The notes under the pieces were generated by a model, which was given only the letters and a program-made list of their open reading frames with translations, ran no database searches and was not told where the DNA came from. 64,000 nucleotides of DNA, from assembly GCF_054482595.1 (NCBI RefSeq), contig NZ_CM137008.1; one strand, written 5' to 3'. Below are positions 31,098 through 44,489 of the stretch, one piece after another. The first letter of the stretch is position 1. Each line of letters opens with the position of its first letter. The position numbers and the translations under genes were made by a program.

Positions 31098-32357
31098 TTA
31101 GTGGCTAACCGTCTGTGTACCTGTCGGGACACGAACGTGTTTATATTTGAACATCGCCATGAACGCGAAGGCCAGAACCACGGAGTAACCAGCGAAAATC
31201 AACCATACGGTCTGCCAGTCGGTAATGCCGTTTTGGGTGTACATCTCAACAACTTTACCGCTCACGATGCCGCCGAGGATACAGCCGAAGCCGTTAGTCA
31301 TCATCAGGAACATCCCTTGTGCACTGGCGCGAATTGCCGGGCTAACTTCTTTTTCGACAAACACCGAACCAGAGATGTTGAAGAAGTCGAATGCGCAACC
31401 GTAAACGATCATCGACAGTACCAGCAGTACAGTACCGAACGGAGTCGGGTCGCCGTAAGCAAACAGCGCAAAACGCAGGATCCACGCCACAATACTGATC
31501 ATCATTACGTTCTTAATACCGTAGCGGCTTAAGAAGAACGGGATGGTCAGAATGAACAGGGTTTCAGAGATCTGCGAAATCGACATGATGATTGACGCAT
31601 GCTGCACAATAAAGCTGCTGGCAAACATCGGATCTTTGTCGAAGCTGTGCAGGAAGGTATTACCGAACATGTTGGTAATCTGCAGTTCCGCGCCCAGCAG
31701 CATTGAGAAGATGAAGAAGATTGCCATACGCTTGTTTTTAAACAGCGCGAATGCATCGAGGCCCAGCAGGGTTGTCCAGCTCTGATTCGCTTGCTGTTTA
31801 GCAACCGGAATATGCGGCAGAGTCAGGGTAAACAGAACCAGAATGGCGGAAAGTGCTGCGCCAATATACAGCTGCATGTGGCTTAATTCGAAGCCAGACA
31901 GGCTCACCACCCACATTGCCATGATAAAGCCGATGGTGCCCCAGATACGGATTGGCGGGAAGTCAGTAACGATATCCATCCCGGCATTTTGCAGGCGATA
32001 GTAAGAGATGGTGTTGATTAACCCAAGTGTTGGCATATAAGCAAACGAGTTAATCAATATCACAAGGAACATCGCTTCCGGCGTCGTGACCTGTGCCGCC
32101 ATGAACAGCGTGATAGCGCCAATGGTGTGGCAAATGGCATATACCCATTTCGCACTTAACCATTTGTCGGCCACAATCCCCAGCAGCGCAGGCATAAAGA
32201 CCGCGGCGATACCCAGTGAACTATAAACTGCGCCAATAGAAGCACCGTCAAACTTCAGGGTAACAAACATATAGGAGCCGAGGGTCGTCAGCCAACTTCC
32301 CCACAGACAGAACTGCAGAAAAGAGAGGATTTTCAGCTGCAGCTTAAGATTCATGTT
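31098..32357 (-). CDS. nupG: Nucleoside:H+ symporter
   Basis: Start MNLKLQLKILSFLQF...; MFS nucleoside permease matching NupG. Confidence 0.93.
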   Translation of the reverse strand, partial: NMNLKLQLKILSFLQFCLWGSWLTTLGSYMFVTLKFDGASIGAVYSSLGIAAVFMPALLGIVADKWLSAKWVYAICHTIGAITLFMAAQVTTPEAMFLVILINSFAYMPTLGLINTISYYRLQNAGMDIVTDFPPIRIWGTIGFIMAMWVVSLSGFELSHMQLYIGAALSAILVLFTLTLPHIPVAKQQANQSWTTLLGLDAFALFKNKRMAIFFIFSMLLGAELQITNMFGNTFLHSFDKDPMFASSFIVQHASIIMSISQISETLFILTIPFFLSRYGIKNVMMISIVAWILRFALFAYGDPTPFGTVLLVLSMIVYGCAFDFFNISGSVFVEKEVSPAIRASAQGMFLMMTNGFGCILGGIVSGKVVEMYTQNGITDWQTVWLIFAGYSVVLAFAFMAMFKYKHVRVPTGTQTVSH

Positions 32358-32555
32358 AATTTCCTCACATCGTGATGCGGATGAGTGTTTGAAAAAGCAC
32401 ATTTGACCGTGCGAGATGATGGGATTCTATCAACTTCGCGGACTGGTTTTTTGTTACCTGTGGCAAATAATTGCAAACATTCCCAATTTGCAAAACGAAA
32501 TTGTGATGTGGATAACATTTTTGCCCCTGAGCATCGTCAGGGGCGGTTAATGGAA

Positions 32556-33662
<1,107 letters not shown>

Positions 33663-33699
33663 TTAAGCAAGCTGCCGGAGGCGTGCTCCGGCACTGTTT

Positions 33700-33978
<279 letters not shown>

Positions 33979-34002
33979 TCATCCTCTTTATCGACTCACG
34001 CG

Positions 34003-35055
34003 CTAAACCGGCGCGCCAGTGCGTAACTGCTGTAACAAACGCTCCACGGGAGCCGCCAGGCCAACTGACGGCGGTTGCGCTAAGTTATACCAGAGCGCAT
34101 TGCCTTCATCCATGCAGCCGGTGAATGACGACACGGGAAGCCACATAGGCACAATATCTAAGTGGAAATGGCTGAAGGTATGCCGAAACGCGGTCAGCTG
34201 CGTCAGGTTATCGGCAGCAATCTGCCGTTGCGCCAGCCACTGCCGCAAACTTTCTTCGTCGGCAAACTGCGGGAAACAGTATAAACCGCCCCACAATCCG
34301 CTCGGCGGACGCTGCGCCAGCAATACTTCATCTTCGTGCTGTAACAGGAGAAAGTAGCCGGTGCGCTCCGGCAGCGTCTGTTTCGGTTTTTTGCCCGGAT
34401 AAAGCGACCAGCTATTGTTGGTGGCGGCAATACATCCGTTTTGTAGCGGACAGAGCGAACATTTCGGCTTCGAACGCGTGCAAATCATCGCGCCCAAATC
34501 CATCATCGCCTGATTAAACCGTTCCACGCCGACCGCGGGCGTCACCTGCTCGCTCAAACTCCATAATTTATTCTCGACCTCTTTTTTCCCAGACCAGCCG
34601 CTTACAGCATAGCAGCGCGCCAGCACCCGTTTGACGTTACCGTCGAGAATCGGAAAGTGCTTACCCAGAGAAAGCGAGAGAATCGCGCCTGCGGTGGAAC
34701 GCCCGACGCCCGGCAGTGCTGCAACTTCCTCAAAGGTTTCCGGGAATTTACCGCCGTGTAAGGTCGCCACTTGTTGTGCCGCTTTATGCAGATTGCGCGC
34801 GCGGGCGTAATAGCCAAGCCCGGTCCACAAGTGGAGAACTTCGTCGAGCGGCGCATTGGCGAGATCGGTCACCGTCGGGAAGCGCGCCATAAAGCGTTCA
34901 AAATAGGGGATAACGGTCGCAACCTGAGTTTGTTGCAACATCACTTCTGAGAGCCATACTTTGTAGGGCGTCTTGTCAATTTGCCAGGGCAGAGTTTTTC
35001 GCCCGTATTTATCGTACCAGTCCAGAACCTGGGCTGAAAATTGCGACGCTTGCAT
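34003..35055 (-). CDS. mutY: Adenine DNA glycosylase
   Basis: HhH-GPD domain and 4Fe-4S cysteine cluster; start [25 protein letters not shown]. Confidence 0.93.
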   Translation of the reverse strand: MQASQFSAQVLDWYDKYGRKTLPWQIDKTPYKVWLSEVMLQQTQVATVIPYFERFMARFPTVTDLANAPLDEVLHLWTGLGYYARARNLHKAAQQVATLHGGKFPETFEEVAALPGVGRSTAGAILSLSLGKHFPILDGNVKRVLARCYAVSGWSGKKEVENKLWSLSEQVTPAVGVERFNQAMMDLGAMICTRSKPKCSLCPLQNGCIAATNNSWSLYPGKKPKQTLPERTGYFLLLQHEDEVLLAQRPPSGLWGGLYCFPQFADEESLRQWLAQRQIAADNLTQLTAFRHTFSHFHLDIVPMWLPVSSFTGCMDEGNALWYNLAQPPSVGLAAPVERLLQQLRTGAPV

Positions 35056-35215
35056 GGTCACCGAATTCACTGTTGTTGGGGGCCAGATTGCAGCACAGCG
35101 ACGGCAGGGTGTAAACCGGAACTTTCCGCAGCCACGGCCTTATCATGCTTGCATCCGGCAACTAACTTTGGATAATGCCCGTTTTCAGAACACTTTCACA
35201 AGCGACTAAATCTTT

Positions 35216-35935
35216 ATGAAAAACGACGTCATTTCACCGGAATTTGATGAAAACGGCCGCCCACTGCGCCGTATCCGTAGTTTTGTGCGCCGCCAGGGGC
35301 GACTGACCAAAGGCCAGGAACATGCGCTGGAAAACTACTGGCCGGTGATGGGCGTTGAGTTCAGCGAAGATATGCTGGATTTCCCCGCGCTTTTTGGCCG
35401 TGAAGCGCCGGTGACGCTTGAGATTGGTTTTGGCATGGGGGCGTCGCTGGTGGCAATGGCTAAAGATCGCCCCGAGCAGGACTTCCTCGGCATTGAAGTG
35501 CATTCACCGGGCGTTGGTGCGTGCCTGGCTTCTGCGCATGAAGAGGGCTTAAGCAACCTGCGCGTGATGTGTCACGATGCGGTTGAAGTGCTGCATAAAA
35601 TGATTCCTGACAATTCATTGCGCATGGTGCAGCTCTTTTTCCCTGACCCGTGGCACAAAGCGCGCCATAATAAACGCCGTATCGTTCAGGTGCCGTTTGC
35701 CGAACTGGTAAAAAGCAAACTGCAGCTGGGGGGCGTATTCCATATGGCGACCGACTGGGAACCTTATGCGGAACATATGCTTGAAGTGATGTCTTCTATT
35801 GACGGTTATAAAAACCTGTCAGAGAGCAATGATTACGTACCGCGTCCGGCATCACGTCCGGTGACGAAATTTGAACAACGTGGTCATCGTCTTGGTCACG
35901 GAGTATGGGACTTAATGTTCGAGAGGGTGAAATAA
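35216..35935 (+). CDS. trmB: tRNA (guanine46-N7)-methyltransferase
   Basis: 239 aa; matches TrmB (YggH). Confidence 0.93.
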   Translation: MKNDVISPEFDENGRPLRRIRSFVRRQGRLTKGQEHALENYWPVMGVEFSEDMLDFPALFGREAPVTLEIGFGMGASLVAMAKDRPEQDFLGIEVHSPGVGACLASAHEEGLSNLRVMCHDAVEVLHKMIPDNSLRMVQLFFPDPWHKARHNKRRIVQVPFAELVKSKLQLGGVFHMATDWEPYAEHMLEVMSSIDGYKNLSESNDYVPRPASRPVTKFEQRGHRLGHGVWDLMFERVK

Positions 35936-36261
35936 TGGCAAAGAACCGTAGCCGTCGTCTGCGTAAAAAAATGCACATCGACGAATTCCAGGAATTAGGA
36001 TTTTCGGTGGCATGGCGATTCCCGGAAGGTACATCGGAAGAACAGATTGATAAAACCGTTGATGATTTTATTAACGAGGTTATCGAACCGAACAAACTGG
36101 CCTTTGACGGCAGCGGTTATCTGGCCTGGGAAGGTCTGATCTGCATGCAGGAAATCGGCAAATGCACCGAAGAACATCAGGCGATTGTGCGTAAGTGGCT
36201 GGAAGAGCGCAAACTGGATGAGGTACGCACCAGCGAACTTTTCGACGTTTGGTGGGACTAA
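35935..36261 (+). CDS. yggL: DUF469 protein YggL
   Basis: Start [18 protein letters not shown]...; 108 aa. Confidence 0.9.
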   Translation: MAKNRSRRLRKKMHIDEFQELGFSVAWRFPEGTSEEQIDKTVDDFINEVIEPNKLAFDGSGYLAWEGLICMQEIGKCTEEHQAIVRKWLEERKLDEVRTSELFDVWWD

Positions 36262-36293
36262 GAAAGCATACGGGCGATGACAAATGCAAAACT

Positions 36294-36375
36294 GCCTGAT
36301 GCGCTACGCTTATCATGCCTACAAAGATGCACGATCGAGTAGGCGGGATAAGGCGTTTACGCCGCATCCGGCATG
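36294..36375. repeat. REP/BIME palindromic element
   Basis: Contains GGCGGGATAAGGCGTTTACGCCGCATCCGGCA-type REP unit. Confidence 0.7.
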
Positions 36376-36444
36376 GAAAACGCGTACTTTGTTATCAATC
36401 TGGGGCCAGCAAATGCTGGCCTGATTTGTTCTTGAGGGAAGACT

Positions 36445-37164
36445 ATGATGCGCAAAATGCTGCTGGCGGCAGCACTTTCAGTGACGGCAATGACCGCTCA
36501 CGCCGACTACCAGTGCAGCGTCACGCCGCGTGACGATGTGATTGTCAGCCCGCAAACCGTGCAGGTGAAGGGCGAAAACGGCAATCTGGTGATCACGCCA
36601 GACGGCAACGTGATGTATAACGGTAAGCAATATTCCCTGAATGCCGCCCAGCGCGAGCAGGCGAAGGATTATCAGGCTGAACTACGTAGCACGCTGCCGT
36701 GGATTGATGAAGGCGCGAAAAGCCGCGTCGAGAAAGCCCGTATTGCTCTGGATAAAATTATCGTTCAGGAGATGGGCGAAAGCAGCAAAATGCGCAGCCG
36801 TCTGACCAAACTTGATGCGCAGCTGAAAGAGCAGATGAACCGTATTATCGAAACGCGCAGCGATGGCCTGACGTTCCACTATAAAGCCATTGATCAGGTT
36901 CGCGCTGAAGGCCAGCAATTAGTGAATCAGGCAATGGGCGGAATTTTACAGGACAGCATTAATGAAATGGGCGCGAAAGCGGTGCTGAAAAGCGGCGGCA
37001 ACCCATTACAGAATGTGCTGGGAAGTCTGGGCGGTCTGCAATCCTCAATCCAAACCGAGTGGAAAAAGCAGGAAAAAGATTTCCAGCAGTTTGGCAAAGA
37101 TGTTTGTAGCCGCGTTGTGACTCTGGAAGATAGCCGCAAAGCCCTGGTCGGGAATTTAAAATAA
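36445..37164 (+). CDS. yggN: DUF2884 periplasmic protein YggN
   Basis: Signal peptide; 239 aa; matches YggN. Confidence 0.9.
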   Translation: MMRKMLLAAALSVTAMTAHADYQCSVTPRDDVIVSPQTVQVKGENGNLVITPDGNVMYNGKQYSLNAAQREQAKDYQAELRSTLPWIDEGAKSRVEKARIALDKIIVQEMGESSKMRSRLTKLDAQLKEQMNRIIETRSDGLTFHYKAIDQVRAEGQQLVNQAMGGILQDSINEMGAKAVLKSGGNPLQNVLGSLGGLQSSIQTEWKKQEKDFQQFGKDVCSRVVTLEDSRKALVGNLK

Positions 37165-37339
37165 TCCTCTATTTTAAGACGGTATAATACTTTTTTATGC
37201 CGTTTAATTCTTCGTTTTGTTACCTGCCTCTAACTTTGTAGATCTCCAAAATATATTCACGTTGTAAATTGTTTAACGTCAAATTTCCCATGCAAAGCTA
37301 AGGGATAATGCGTAGCGTTCACGTAACTGGAGGAATGAA

Positions 37340-38386
37340 ATGGAGTTTTTCAAAAAGACGGCACTTGCCGCACTGGTTATGGGTTTTAGTGGTGCAGCAT
37401 TGGCATTACCCAATATCACCATTTTAGCAACCGGCGGGACCATTGCCGGTGGTGGTGACTCCGCAACCAAATCTAACTACACAGCGGGTAAAGTTGGCGT
37501 AGAAAATCTGGTTAATGCGGTGCCGCAACTGAAGGACATTGCGAACGTTAAAGGCGAGCAGGTAGTGAATATCGGCTCCCAGGACATGAACGATGATGTC
37601 TGGCTGACACTGGCGAAAAAAATTAACACCGACTGCGATAAAACCGACGGTTTCGTCATTACTCACGGTACCGACACGATGGAAGAAACCGCTTACTTCC
37701 TCGACCTGACGGTGAAATGCGACAAACCGGTGGTGATGGTCGGCGCAATGCGCCCGTCCACGTCCATGAGCGCAGACGGTCCATTCAACCTGTATAACGC
37801 GGTAGTGACTGCAGCTGATAAAGCCTCCGCTAATCGTGGCGTGCTGGTGGTGATGAACGACACCGTACTGGATGGGCGGGATGTCACCAAAACCAACACC
37901 ACCGACGTAGCGACCTTCAAGTCTGTTAACTACGGTCCTCTGGGTTACATTCACAACGGTAAGATTGACTACCAACGTACCCCGGCACGTAAGCACACCA
38001 GCGACACGCCGTTCGATGTCTCTAAGCTGAATGAACTGCCGAAAGTCGGCATTGTTTATAACTACGCTAACGCATCCGATCTTCCGGCTAAAGCACTGGT
38101 AGATGCGGGCTATGATGGCATCGTTAGCGCTGGTGTGGGTAACGGCAACCTGTATAAAACCGTATTTGACACTCTGGCGACCGCCGCGAAAAACGGCACT
38201 GCAGTCGTGCGTTCTTCCCGCGTACCGACGGGCGCTACCACTCAGGATGCCGAAGTGGATGATGCGAAATACGGCTTCGTCGCCTCTGGCACGTTGAACC
38301 CGCAAAAAGCGCGCGTTCTGCTGCAACTGGCTCTGACGCAAACCAAAGATCCGCAGCAGATCCAGCAGATCTTCAATCAGTACTAA
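37340..38386 (+). CDS. ansB: L-asparaginase II (periplasmic)
   Basis: Signal peptide plus asparaginase motifs (ILATGGTIAG, GIVITHGTDTMEETA); matches AnsB. Confidence 0.95.
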   Translation: MEFFKKTALAALVMGFSGAALALPNITILATGGTIAGGGDSATKSNYTAGKVGVENLVNAVPQLKDIANVKGEQVVNIGSQDMNDDVWLTLAKKINTDCDKTDGFVITHGTDTMEETAYFLDLTVKCDKPVVMVGAMRPSTSMSADGPFNLYNAVVTAADKASANRGVLVVMNDTVLDGRDVTKTNTTDVATFKSVNYGPLGYIHNGKIDYQRTPARKHTSDTPFDVSKLNELPKVGIVYNYANASDLPAKALVDAGYDGIVSAGVGNGNLYKTVFDTLATAAKNGTAVVRSSRVPTGATTQDAEVDDAKYGFVASGTLNPQKARVLLQLALTQTKDPQQIQQIFNQY

Positions 38387-38393
38387 CCACCTC

Positions 38394-38420
38394 GCCCCGG
38401 TATCGTGCCGGGGCTTTTTC
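38394..38420 (+). terminator. Rho-independent terminator of ansB
   Basis: GCCCCGG-tatcgt-GCCGGGGC followed by TTTTT. Confidence 0.8.
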
Positions 38421-38502
38421 ACTTCAGACTTACGTCCATTGCCAATTTTTATTACCCTGATGATAATCACCGGAATAAATTATTCCGCGCGAGGGTTTTC
38501 GG

Positions 38503-39510
38503 GTGAAAAAGCAATGGATTGTTGGCACGGCGCTGCTTGTGTTGATGACTGGTAATGTCTGGGCAGATGGCGAACCGCCAACTGAAAATATCTTAAAAGC
38601 TCAATTCAAAAAGCAGTATCACGGCATTCTCAAGCTTGATGCCATCACCTTAAAAAATCTTGATGCTAAGGGTAATCAGGCCACCTGGTCAGCGGAAGGC
38701 GATGTCTCTTCCAGTGACGATCTCTATACCTGGGTCGGTCAGTTGGCAGATTACGAACTGCTCGAACAGACCTGGACGAAAGATAAACCGGTAAAATTCT
38801 CGGCGATGTTAACCAGTAAAGGAACGCCCGCGTCTGGCTGGTCGGTGAACTTTTACTCTTTTCAGGCGGCAGCCAGCGATCGTGGGCGGGTGGTCGACGA
38901 TATCAAAACGAATAATAAATATCTGATCGTGAATAGCGAAGATTTCAATTATCGCTTTAGTCAGCTTGAGTCTGCGTTGAATACCCAGAAGAACTCGATT
39001 CCTGCGCTGGAAAAGGAAGTGAAAGCGCTTGATAAGCAAATGGTGGCGGCGCAGAAAGCAGCGGATGCATATTGGGGAAAAGATGCAAACGGTAAGCAAA
39101 TGACCCGCGAAGACGCCTTTAAAAAAATTCACCAACAGCGTGATGAGTTTAATAAACAGAATGATAGCGAGGCGTTCGCGGTTAAATATGACAAAGAGGT
39201 TTATCAACCGGCGATTGCGGCATGTCATAAACAGAGTGAAGAGTGTTATGAAGTGCCGATTCAGCAGAAGCGAGATTTCGATATCAACGAACAACGGCGA
39301 CAGACTTTTCTGCAATCACAAAAACTTAGCCGTAAATTGCAGGATGACTGGATAACGCTCGAAAAAGGGCAATATCCTTTAACGATGAAAGTTTCAGAAA
39401 TAAACAGTAAAAAAGTCGCGATTTTGATGAAAATTGACGATATCAACCAGGCTAATGAACGCTGGAAAAAAGATACCGAACAACTGCGGCGCAATGGGGT
39501 GATTAAGTAA
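38503..39510 (+). CDS. yggM: DUF1202 protein YggM
   Basis: 335 aa with signal peptide; matches YggM. Confidence 0.88.
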   Translation: MKKQWIVGTALLVLMTGNVWADGEPPTENILKAQFKKQYHGILKLDAITLKNLDAKGNQATWSAEGDVSSSDDLYTWVGQLADYELLEQTWTKDKPVKFSAMLTSKGTPASGWSVNFYSFQAAASDRGRVVDDIKTNNKYLIVNSEDFNYRFSQLESALNTQKNSIPALEKEVKALDKQMVAAQKAADAYWGKDANGKQMTREDAFKKIHQQRDEFNKQNDSEAFAVKYDKEVYQPAIAACHKQSEECYEVPIQQKRDFDINEQRRQTFLQSQKLSRKLQDDWITLEKGQYPLTMKVSEINSKKVAILMKIDDINQANERWKKDTEQLRRNGVIK

Positions 39511-39533
39511 TTTTTGCGATAACGCATGAGTTG

Positions 39534-39572
39534 TGGCCGGATGCTGCGTACACGCACGCCGCATCCGGCAAT
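39534..39572. repeat. REP element
   Basis: GGCCGGATGCTGCGTACACGCACGCCGCATCCGGCA. Confidence 0.7.
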
Positions 39573-39578
39573 ACAAAT

Positions 39579-40715
39579 TTACTCCGCCAGAAAAAGCTCC
39601 AGCAGCGAATTTAAAAACAGCTTCCCATGTTCCGTTATTTGCCAGTAATCCGCACATTCTGTGAGATAACCCTGAGCGATAGCCTCTTCTAACTGTGGGC
39701 GAATAACTTCTTCAGAAAGGCCAGTATACTGGCTAAACTCCATGCGCGGCGCGGCCTCCAGCAGACGGAAGCGATTCATAAAGAACTCAAACGGCTTATC
39801 TGCGGCTTCGACATCACGCTGGCTTTCCAGATACCTTCCTTGCATAAAACCACGCGGGTGACGCGTTTTGGTGGTACGCAGAATGCGACCATCCGGGAAG
39901 GTGACTTTGCCGTGCGCGCCGCAGCCAATACCGATGTAGTCACCAAATCGCCAGTAGTTGAGATTGTGCTGGCACTGATAACCGGGTTTGGCGTAAGCGG
40001 AAGTTTCATATTGCTGATAACCCGCTGCGGTTAATAACTGATGCCCCTGTTCGAAAATATCCCACAGCGCGTCATCGTCCGGCAGCACCGGTGGTCGCGA
40101 ACCAAACAGCGTATTGGGTTCGATGGTCAGTTGATACCAGGAAAGATGCGGCGGATTCAGTTCAATGGCCTGGCGTAGATCGCCAAGCGCCTCTTCCAGT
40201 GATTGATCCGGCAGCCCATGCATCAAATCAAGGTTAAAGCTACGCAGCCCCAGCCCGCTCGCCAGCTTTGCCGCTCGATTCGCTTCTTGCGGGCCATGAA
40301 TACGCCCAAGTCGTTTCAGCTTTTCTTCGCTAAAACTCTGCACACCAATAGAGATGCGGTTCACACCAGCACGCTGATAATCGACAAAGCGATCCGCTTC
40401 TACCGTGCCTGGGTTCGCTTCCATAGTAATTTCTGCATCCGCTGCCAGCGGCAAACGCGCACGCACGCCGTCCAGCAGCGTTTGCATCGCCGGGCCGGAA
40501 AGCAGGCTCGGCGTACCACCGCCAATAAAGATTGTCTTTACTTCACGGCCCTGAGCGTAAGCCACATCATTGTCCAGATCGCAAAGCAGATGCTGAACAT
40601 AATCGTCGTGCGGCACTTCTCCTTTCAACGCGTGAGAGTTGAAATCGCAGTACGGGCATTTCTGCACGCACCACGGGATGTGAATGTAGAGACTCAGCGG
40701 CGGTAATTTAACCAT
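39579..40715 (-). CDS. hemW: Radical-SAM heme chaperone HemW (YggW)
   Basis: CxxxCxxC radical-SAM motif ([10 protein letters not shown]) near the N-terminus; 378 aa. Confidence 0.92.
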   Translation of the reverse strand: MVKLPPLSLYIHIPWCVQKCPYCDFNSHALKGEVPHDDYVQHLLCDLDNDVAYAQGREVKTIFIGGGTPSLLSGPAMQTLLDGVRARLPLAADAEITMEANPGTVEADRFVDYQRAGVNRISIGVQSFSEEKLKRLGRIHGPQEANRAAKLASGLGLRSFNLDLMHGLPDQSLEEALGDLRQAIELNPPHLSWYQLTIEPNTLFGSRPPVLPDDDALWDIFEQGHQLLTAAGYQQYETSAYAKPGYQCQHNLNYWRFGDYIGIGCGAHGKVTFPDGRILRTTKTRHPRGFMQGRYLESQRDVEAADKPFEFFMNRFRLLEAAPRMEFSQYTGLSEEVIRPQLEEAIAQGYLTECADYWQITEHGKLFLNSLLELFLAE

Positions 40716-41301
40716 TACGTAAAGCGTCCAGCAGCAGTTTCAATGCCTGACCACGGTGGGAAATGGCGCTCTTTTCTTCGCGGGTCAGTTCGGCAGCGGT
40801 TTTCCCTTCGGAAGGTACGAAGAAGATTGGATCATAACCAAAGCCGCCAGTACCCGCTGGTTCACGAGTAATCATGCCCGGCCAACTACCGTGGCACACC
40901 AGCGGAGTCGGATCTTCCGCGTGACGCAGATATACCAGCACGCAGTGGAAACGCGCCTGACGTTGGTCGTCCGGTACGTCTTTCAGTGTTTCCAGCAGTT
41001 TTTGCAGATTCTTTTGATCGGTCGCGTCTTCACCGGAATAACGCGCGGAGTAAATCCCCGGCGCACCGCCAAGTACATCTACCGCCAGACCGGAGTCGTC
41101 GGCAATTGCCGGTAAACCGGTCACTTTTGCCGCATGGCGCGCTTTCAGAATCGCGTTTTCGATAAAGGTCAGGCCGGTTTCTTCAGCGGAATCTACGCCG
41201 AGGTCTGTTTGGGCCACGATATCAAGACCGAAGTCGCTAAGCAGCGACGCCAGCTCACGCACTTTACCGGCATTGCCGGTTGCGAGGACAACTTTTTGCA
41301 T
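40708..41301 (-). CDS. rdgB: dITP/XTP pyrophosphatase
   Basis: 197 aa Ham1-family protein; overlaps the hemW start by 8 nt. Confidence 0.92.
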   Translation of the reverse strand: MQKVVLATGNAGKVRELASLLSDFGLDIVAQTDLGVDSAEETGLTFIENAILKARHAAKVTGLPAIADDSGLAVDVLGGAPGIYSARYSGEDATDQKNLQKLLETLKDVPDDQRQARFHCVLVYLRHAEDPTPLVCHGSWPGMITREPAGTGGFGYDPIFFVPSEGKTAAELTREEKSAISHRGQALKLLLDALRNG

Positions 41302-41308
41302 AGGATAC

Positions 41309-41599
41309 CTAATTAATTAACGCCGCGATTTCTGGCGGGATTTGTTGCGGATTAATGATTTTAATTTGTTTGTGGCGGCCAAGTTCGCCTTTTTCAATCA
41401 CCACCTGGCTTTTGGCAACCCGGAATTGCTTACCGAGGAACTTCACCAGATGGCTGTTGGCCTGACCGTCAACCGGTGGCGCGGTAATGGCGACTTTTAC
41501 CTCGTCGCCATGTAAACCGACAATAGAATCACGGCTGGCTTTCGGCTGAATATAGAGCCGTAAAACCAGACCGTCATCATTAACTGTTACGGCACTCAT
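41309..41599 (-). CDS. yggU: DUF167 protein YggU
   Basis: Start [21 protein letters not shown]... Confidence 0.88.
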
Positions 41600-42162
41600 A
41601 ACGCCATCCACAGCCCCGGCAGCAGCATGTTTCCGGTTGCCTGTAATACTTCTGCGACACCCATATTGATGACATACAGCAGCAGAACGAGGATCATCGG
41701 CGAGAAATCAATCCCACCCATTGCTGGTAGCAGGCGGCGAATCGGGCGCAGCAGCGGATCGGCCAGCTGAATCAGCACGTATTCAATCGGGCTACGACCC
41801 TGGCTTACCCAGCTCATAATCGCCATCACCAGCAGGACCCAGAAAATCAGCAGGCCGATGGTTTTCAGCAGAATCAGTAAACCGGCAATCCAGATGATTG
41901 GCAGGAAGGTCACCACTTTAAACAGCACAATGGCTTTGATAAAACTGAGAATATAGGCAACCAGCAGCGAGGCGCTGTCAATGGGTCCCATTGCCGGAAT
42001 AACGCGGCGCAGTGGCCCGATAATTGGCTGCGTTACCTTCACTACAAACTGTGAGAAGGGGTTGTAAAAATCACAATGAGCCCACTGCATCCAGATGCGT
42101 AATAACAGCACCATGGTATACAGCTCAATGACCGTTGAAAGCAGGAAAGTCAACGTATTCAT
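41596..42162 (-). CDS. yggT: YggT-family membrane protein
   Basis: 188-aa membrane protein; matches YggT. Confidence 0.9.
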
Positions 42163-42179
42163 GGCGTTCCTTTAATTCC

Positions 42180-42884
42180 TTATTTTTTAGAGTAATCACG
42201 CGCACCAAAAATTGCAGTGCCGATACGAACCATCGTGCTACCTGCCGCAATGGCGGCTTCCATATCGTCCGACATTCCCAGAGAGAGCGTGTCGATATGC
42301 GGGTAGCGCGTTTTCAGTCCGGCAAATGCTACAGCCATTTGGCGTGCAACTTCAAACTGCCTTACATATTCTGACTCAGGCGCAGGGATTGCCATCAGCC
42401 CGCGCAGACGTAAACGCGGTAGTTCAGCGACCGCAGCTGCCAGCTCGTCCAGTTCTGCCAGTTGAATCCCGGACTTACTGTTTTCATCACTAATATTAAT
42501 TTGAATCAGTACGTTAAGAGGGGGAAGTTCTGCCGGGCGCTGATCGTTGAGGCGGGTAGCAATGCGCAAACGGTCGATGGTATGACACCAGTCGAAATGC
42601 TCTGCCACCAGGCGGCTTTTATTAGACTGCAACGGGCCAATAAAATGCCATTCTAATCCTGTTACGCCCAGTTCCTGAAAGTGGCGAATTTTATCTACCC
42701 CTTCCTGAACGTAGTTTTCACCAAATTGACGCTGCCCGGCATCAATGGCTTCTGCGATGGCGCTCGCAGGTTTTGTTTTACTGACTGCAAGCAGCGTAAT
42801 TTCTTCTGGAGAACGGCCGCAACGCGTTGCAGCCGCTGAGATTTTGTCCCGGACCTGTGCCAGGTTATGCGCAATATCGTTCAT
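42180..42884 (-). CDS. yggS: PLP-homeostasis protein YggS
   Basis: 234-aa alanine-racemase-fold PLP protein. Confidence 0.92.
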   Translation of the reverse strand: MNDIAHNLAQVRDKISAAATRCGRSPEEITLLAVSKTKPASAIAEAIDAGQRQFGENYVQEGVDKIRHFQELGVTGLEWHFIGPLQSNKSRLVAEHFDWCHTIDRLRIATRLNDQRPAELPPLNVLIQINISDENSKSGIQLAELDELAAAVAELPRLRLRGLMAIPAPESEYVRQFEVARQMAVAFAGLKTRYPHIDTLSLGMSDDMEAAIAAGSTMVRIGTAIFGARDYSKK

Positions 42885-42901
42885 TTTCCGAGGATCTTAG
42901 T

Positions 42902-43882
42902 ATGAATATGGAAGAAATTGTGGCCCTTAGTGTAAAGCATAACGTCTCGGATCTACACCTGTGCAGCGCCTGGCCCGCACGATGGCGCATTCGCGGGCTA
43001 ATGGAAGCTGCGCCGTTTGATGCGCCGGACGTCGAAGAGCTACTGCGGGAGTGGCTGGATGACGATCAGCGGGCAATATTGCTGGAAAATGGTCAGCTGG
43101 ATTTTGCCGTGTCGCTGGCGGAAAACCAGCGATTGCGCGGCAGTGCGTTCGCACAACGGCAAGGTATTTCTCTGGCGTTACGGTTGTTACCTTCGTGCTG
43201 CCCGCAGCTCGAACAGCTTGGCGCACCACCGGTATTGCCGGAATTACTCAAGAGCGAGAATGGCCTGATTCTGGTGACGGGGGCGACGGGGAGTGGTAAA
43301 TCCACCACGCTGGCGGCAATGGTTGGCTATCTCAATCAACATGCCGATGCGCATATTCTGACGCTGGAAGATCCTGTTGAATATCTCTATGCCAGCCAGC
43401 GATGTTTGATCCAGCAGCGGGAAATCGGTTTGAATTGTATGACGTTCGCATCGGGATTGCGGGCCGCATTGCGGGAAGATCCTGATGTGATTTTGCTCGG
43501 AGAGCTGCGTGACAGCGAGACAATCCGTCTGGCGCTGACGGCGGCAGAAACCGGGCATTTGGTGCTGGCAACATTACATACGCGTGGTGCGGCGCAGGCA
43601 GTTGAGCGGCTGGTGGATTCATTTCCGGCGCAGGAAAAAGACCCCGTACGTAATCAACTGGCAGGTAGTTTACGGGCAGTGTTGTCACAAAAGCTGGAAG
43701 TGGATAAACAGGAAGGACGCGTGGCGCTGTTTGAATTGCTGATTAACACACCCGCGGTGGGGAATTTGATTCGCGAAGGGAAAACCCACCAGTTACCGCA
43801 TGTTATTCAAACCGGGCAGCAGGTGGGGATGATAACGTTTCAGCAGAGTTATCAGCAGCGAGTGGGGGAAGGGCGTTTGTGA
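42902..43882 (+). CDS. yggR: PilT-like type IV pilus retraction ATPase homologue
   Basis: Walker A GATGSGKST; start MNMEEIVALSVKHNVSDLHL. Confidence 0.9.
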   Translation: MNMEEIVALSVKHNVSDLHLCSAWPARWRIRGLMEAAPFDAPDVEELLREWLDDDQRAILLENGQLDFAVSLAENQRLRGSAFAQRQGISLALRLLPSCCPQLEQLGAPPVLPELLKSENGLILVTGATGSGKSTTLAAMVGYLNQHADAHILTLEDPVEYLYASQRCLIQQREIGLNCMTFASGLRAALREDPDVILLGELRDSETIRLALTAAETGHLVLATLHTRGAAQAVERLVDSFPAQEKDPVRNQLAGSLRAVLSQKLEVDKQEGRVALFELLINTPAVGNLIREGKTHQLPHVIQTGQQVGMITFQQSYQQRVGEGRL

Positions 43883-43888
43883 CGTTGC

Positions 43889-44030
43889 CATGCCCGATGT
43901 GCAAGCTTATCGGGCCTACAAAGGCAATAAACGTCTGATGCGACGCTTGCGCGTCTTATCAGACCTACAACCGCTGCCACATGTAGGCCGGATAAGGCGT
44001 TCACGCCGCATCCGGCAATAAGGCGTAAGG
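43889..44030. repeat. REP/BIME cluster
   Basis: Several copies of GCCGGATAAGGCGTTCACGCCGCATCCGGCA-like units in alternating orientation. Confidence 0.8.
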
Positions 44031-44072
44031 CGCGATGATATTATTTACACTCCGCCAGGCTTTTAAATCGCC

Positions 44073-44489
44073 TTAATATCCCTGCTCGAAATAGCTTTCG
44101 AGAATAATAACCGCAGAGGCAGAGTCAACTTTGCCTTTGTTGAGCGCCCGATAGCCGCCCTGTTCAAACAGACCGGAACGTGCCTCCACGGTGCTAAGAC
44201 GCTCGTCATGGAGCTTTACTTCAACACCGAAACGACCATGAATACGGTTGGCAAATTTACGCGCTCTGGCAGTCAATGGTTGCTCGGTACCGTCCATATT
44301 CAGCGGCAAACCGACGATGATTTCGTCCGGCTGCCACTCTTTCAGTAAACGCTCGATAATGTTCCAGTCCGGCGTACCGTCCTGTGCTTTAATTGCAGGC
44401 AAAGGGCGAGCGGTGCCGGTAATGCGTTGGCCGACCGCTACGCCAATGCTTTTGGTGCCGAAGTCGAAGGCGAGTAAGGTTCCACTCAT
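44073..44489 (-). CDS. ruvX: Holliday-junction-resolvase-like pre-16S rRNA nuclease RuvX (YqgF)
   Basis: Start [20 protein letters not shown]...; 138 aa. Confidence 0.92.

Noticed and set aside
37424-38470. 348-aa ORF antisense to ansB
   Set aside because: Same situation: the sense strand encodes a canonical asparaginase II, and the antisense product is low-complexity.
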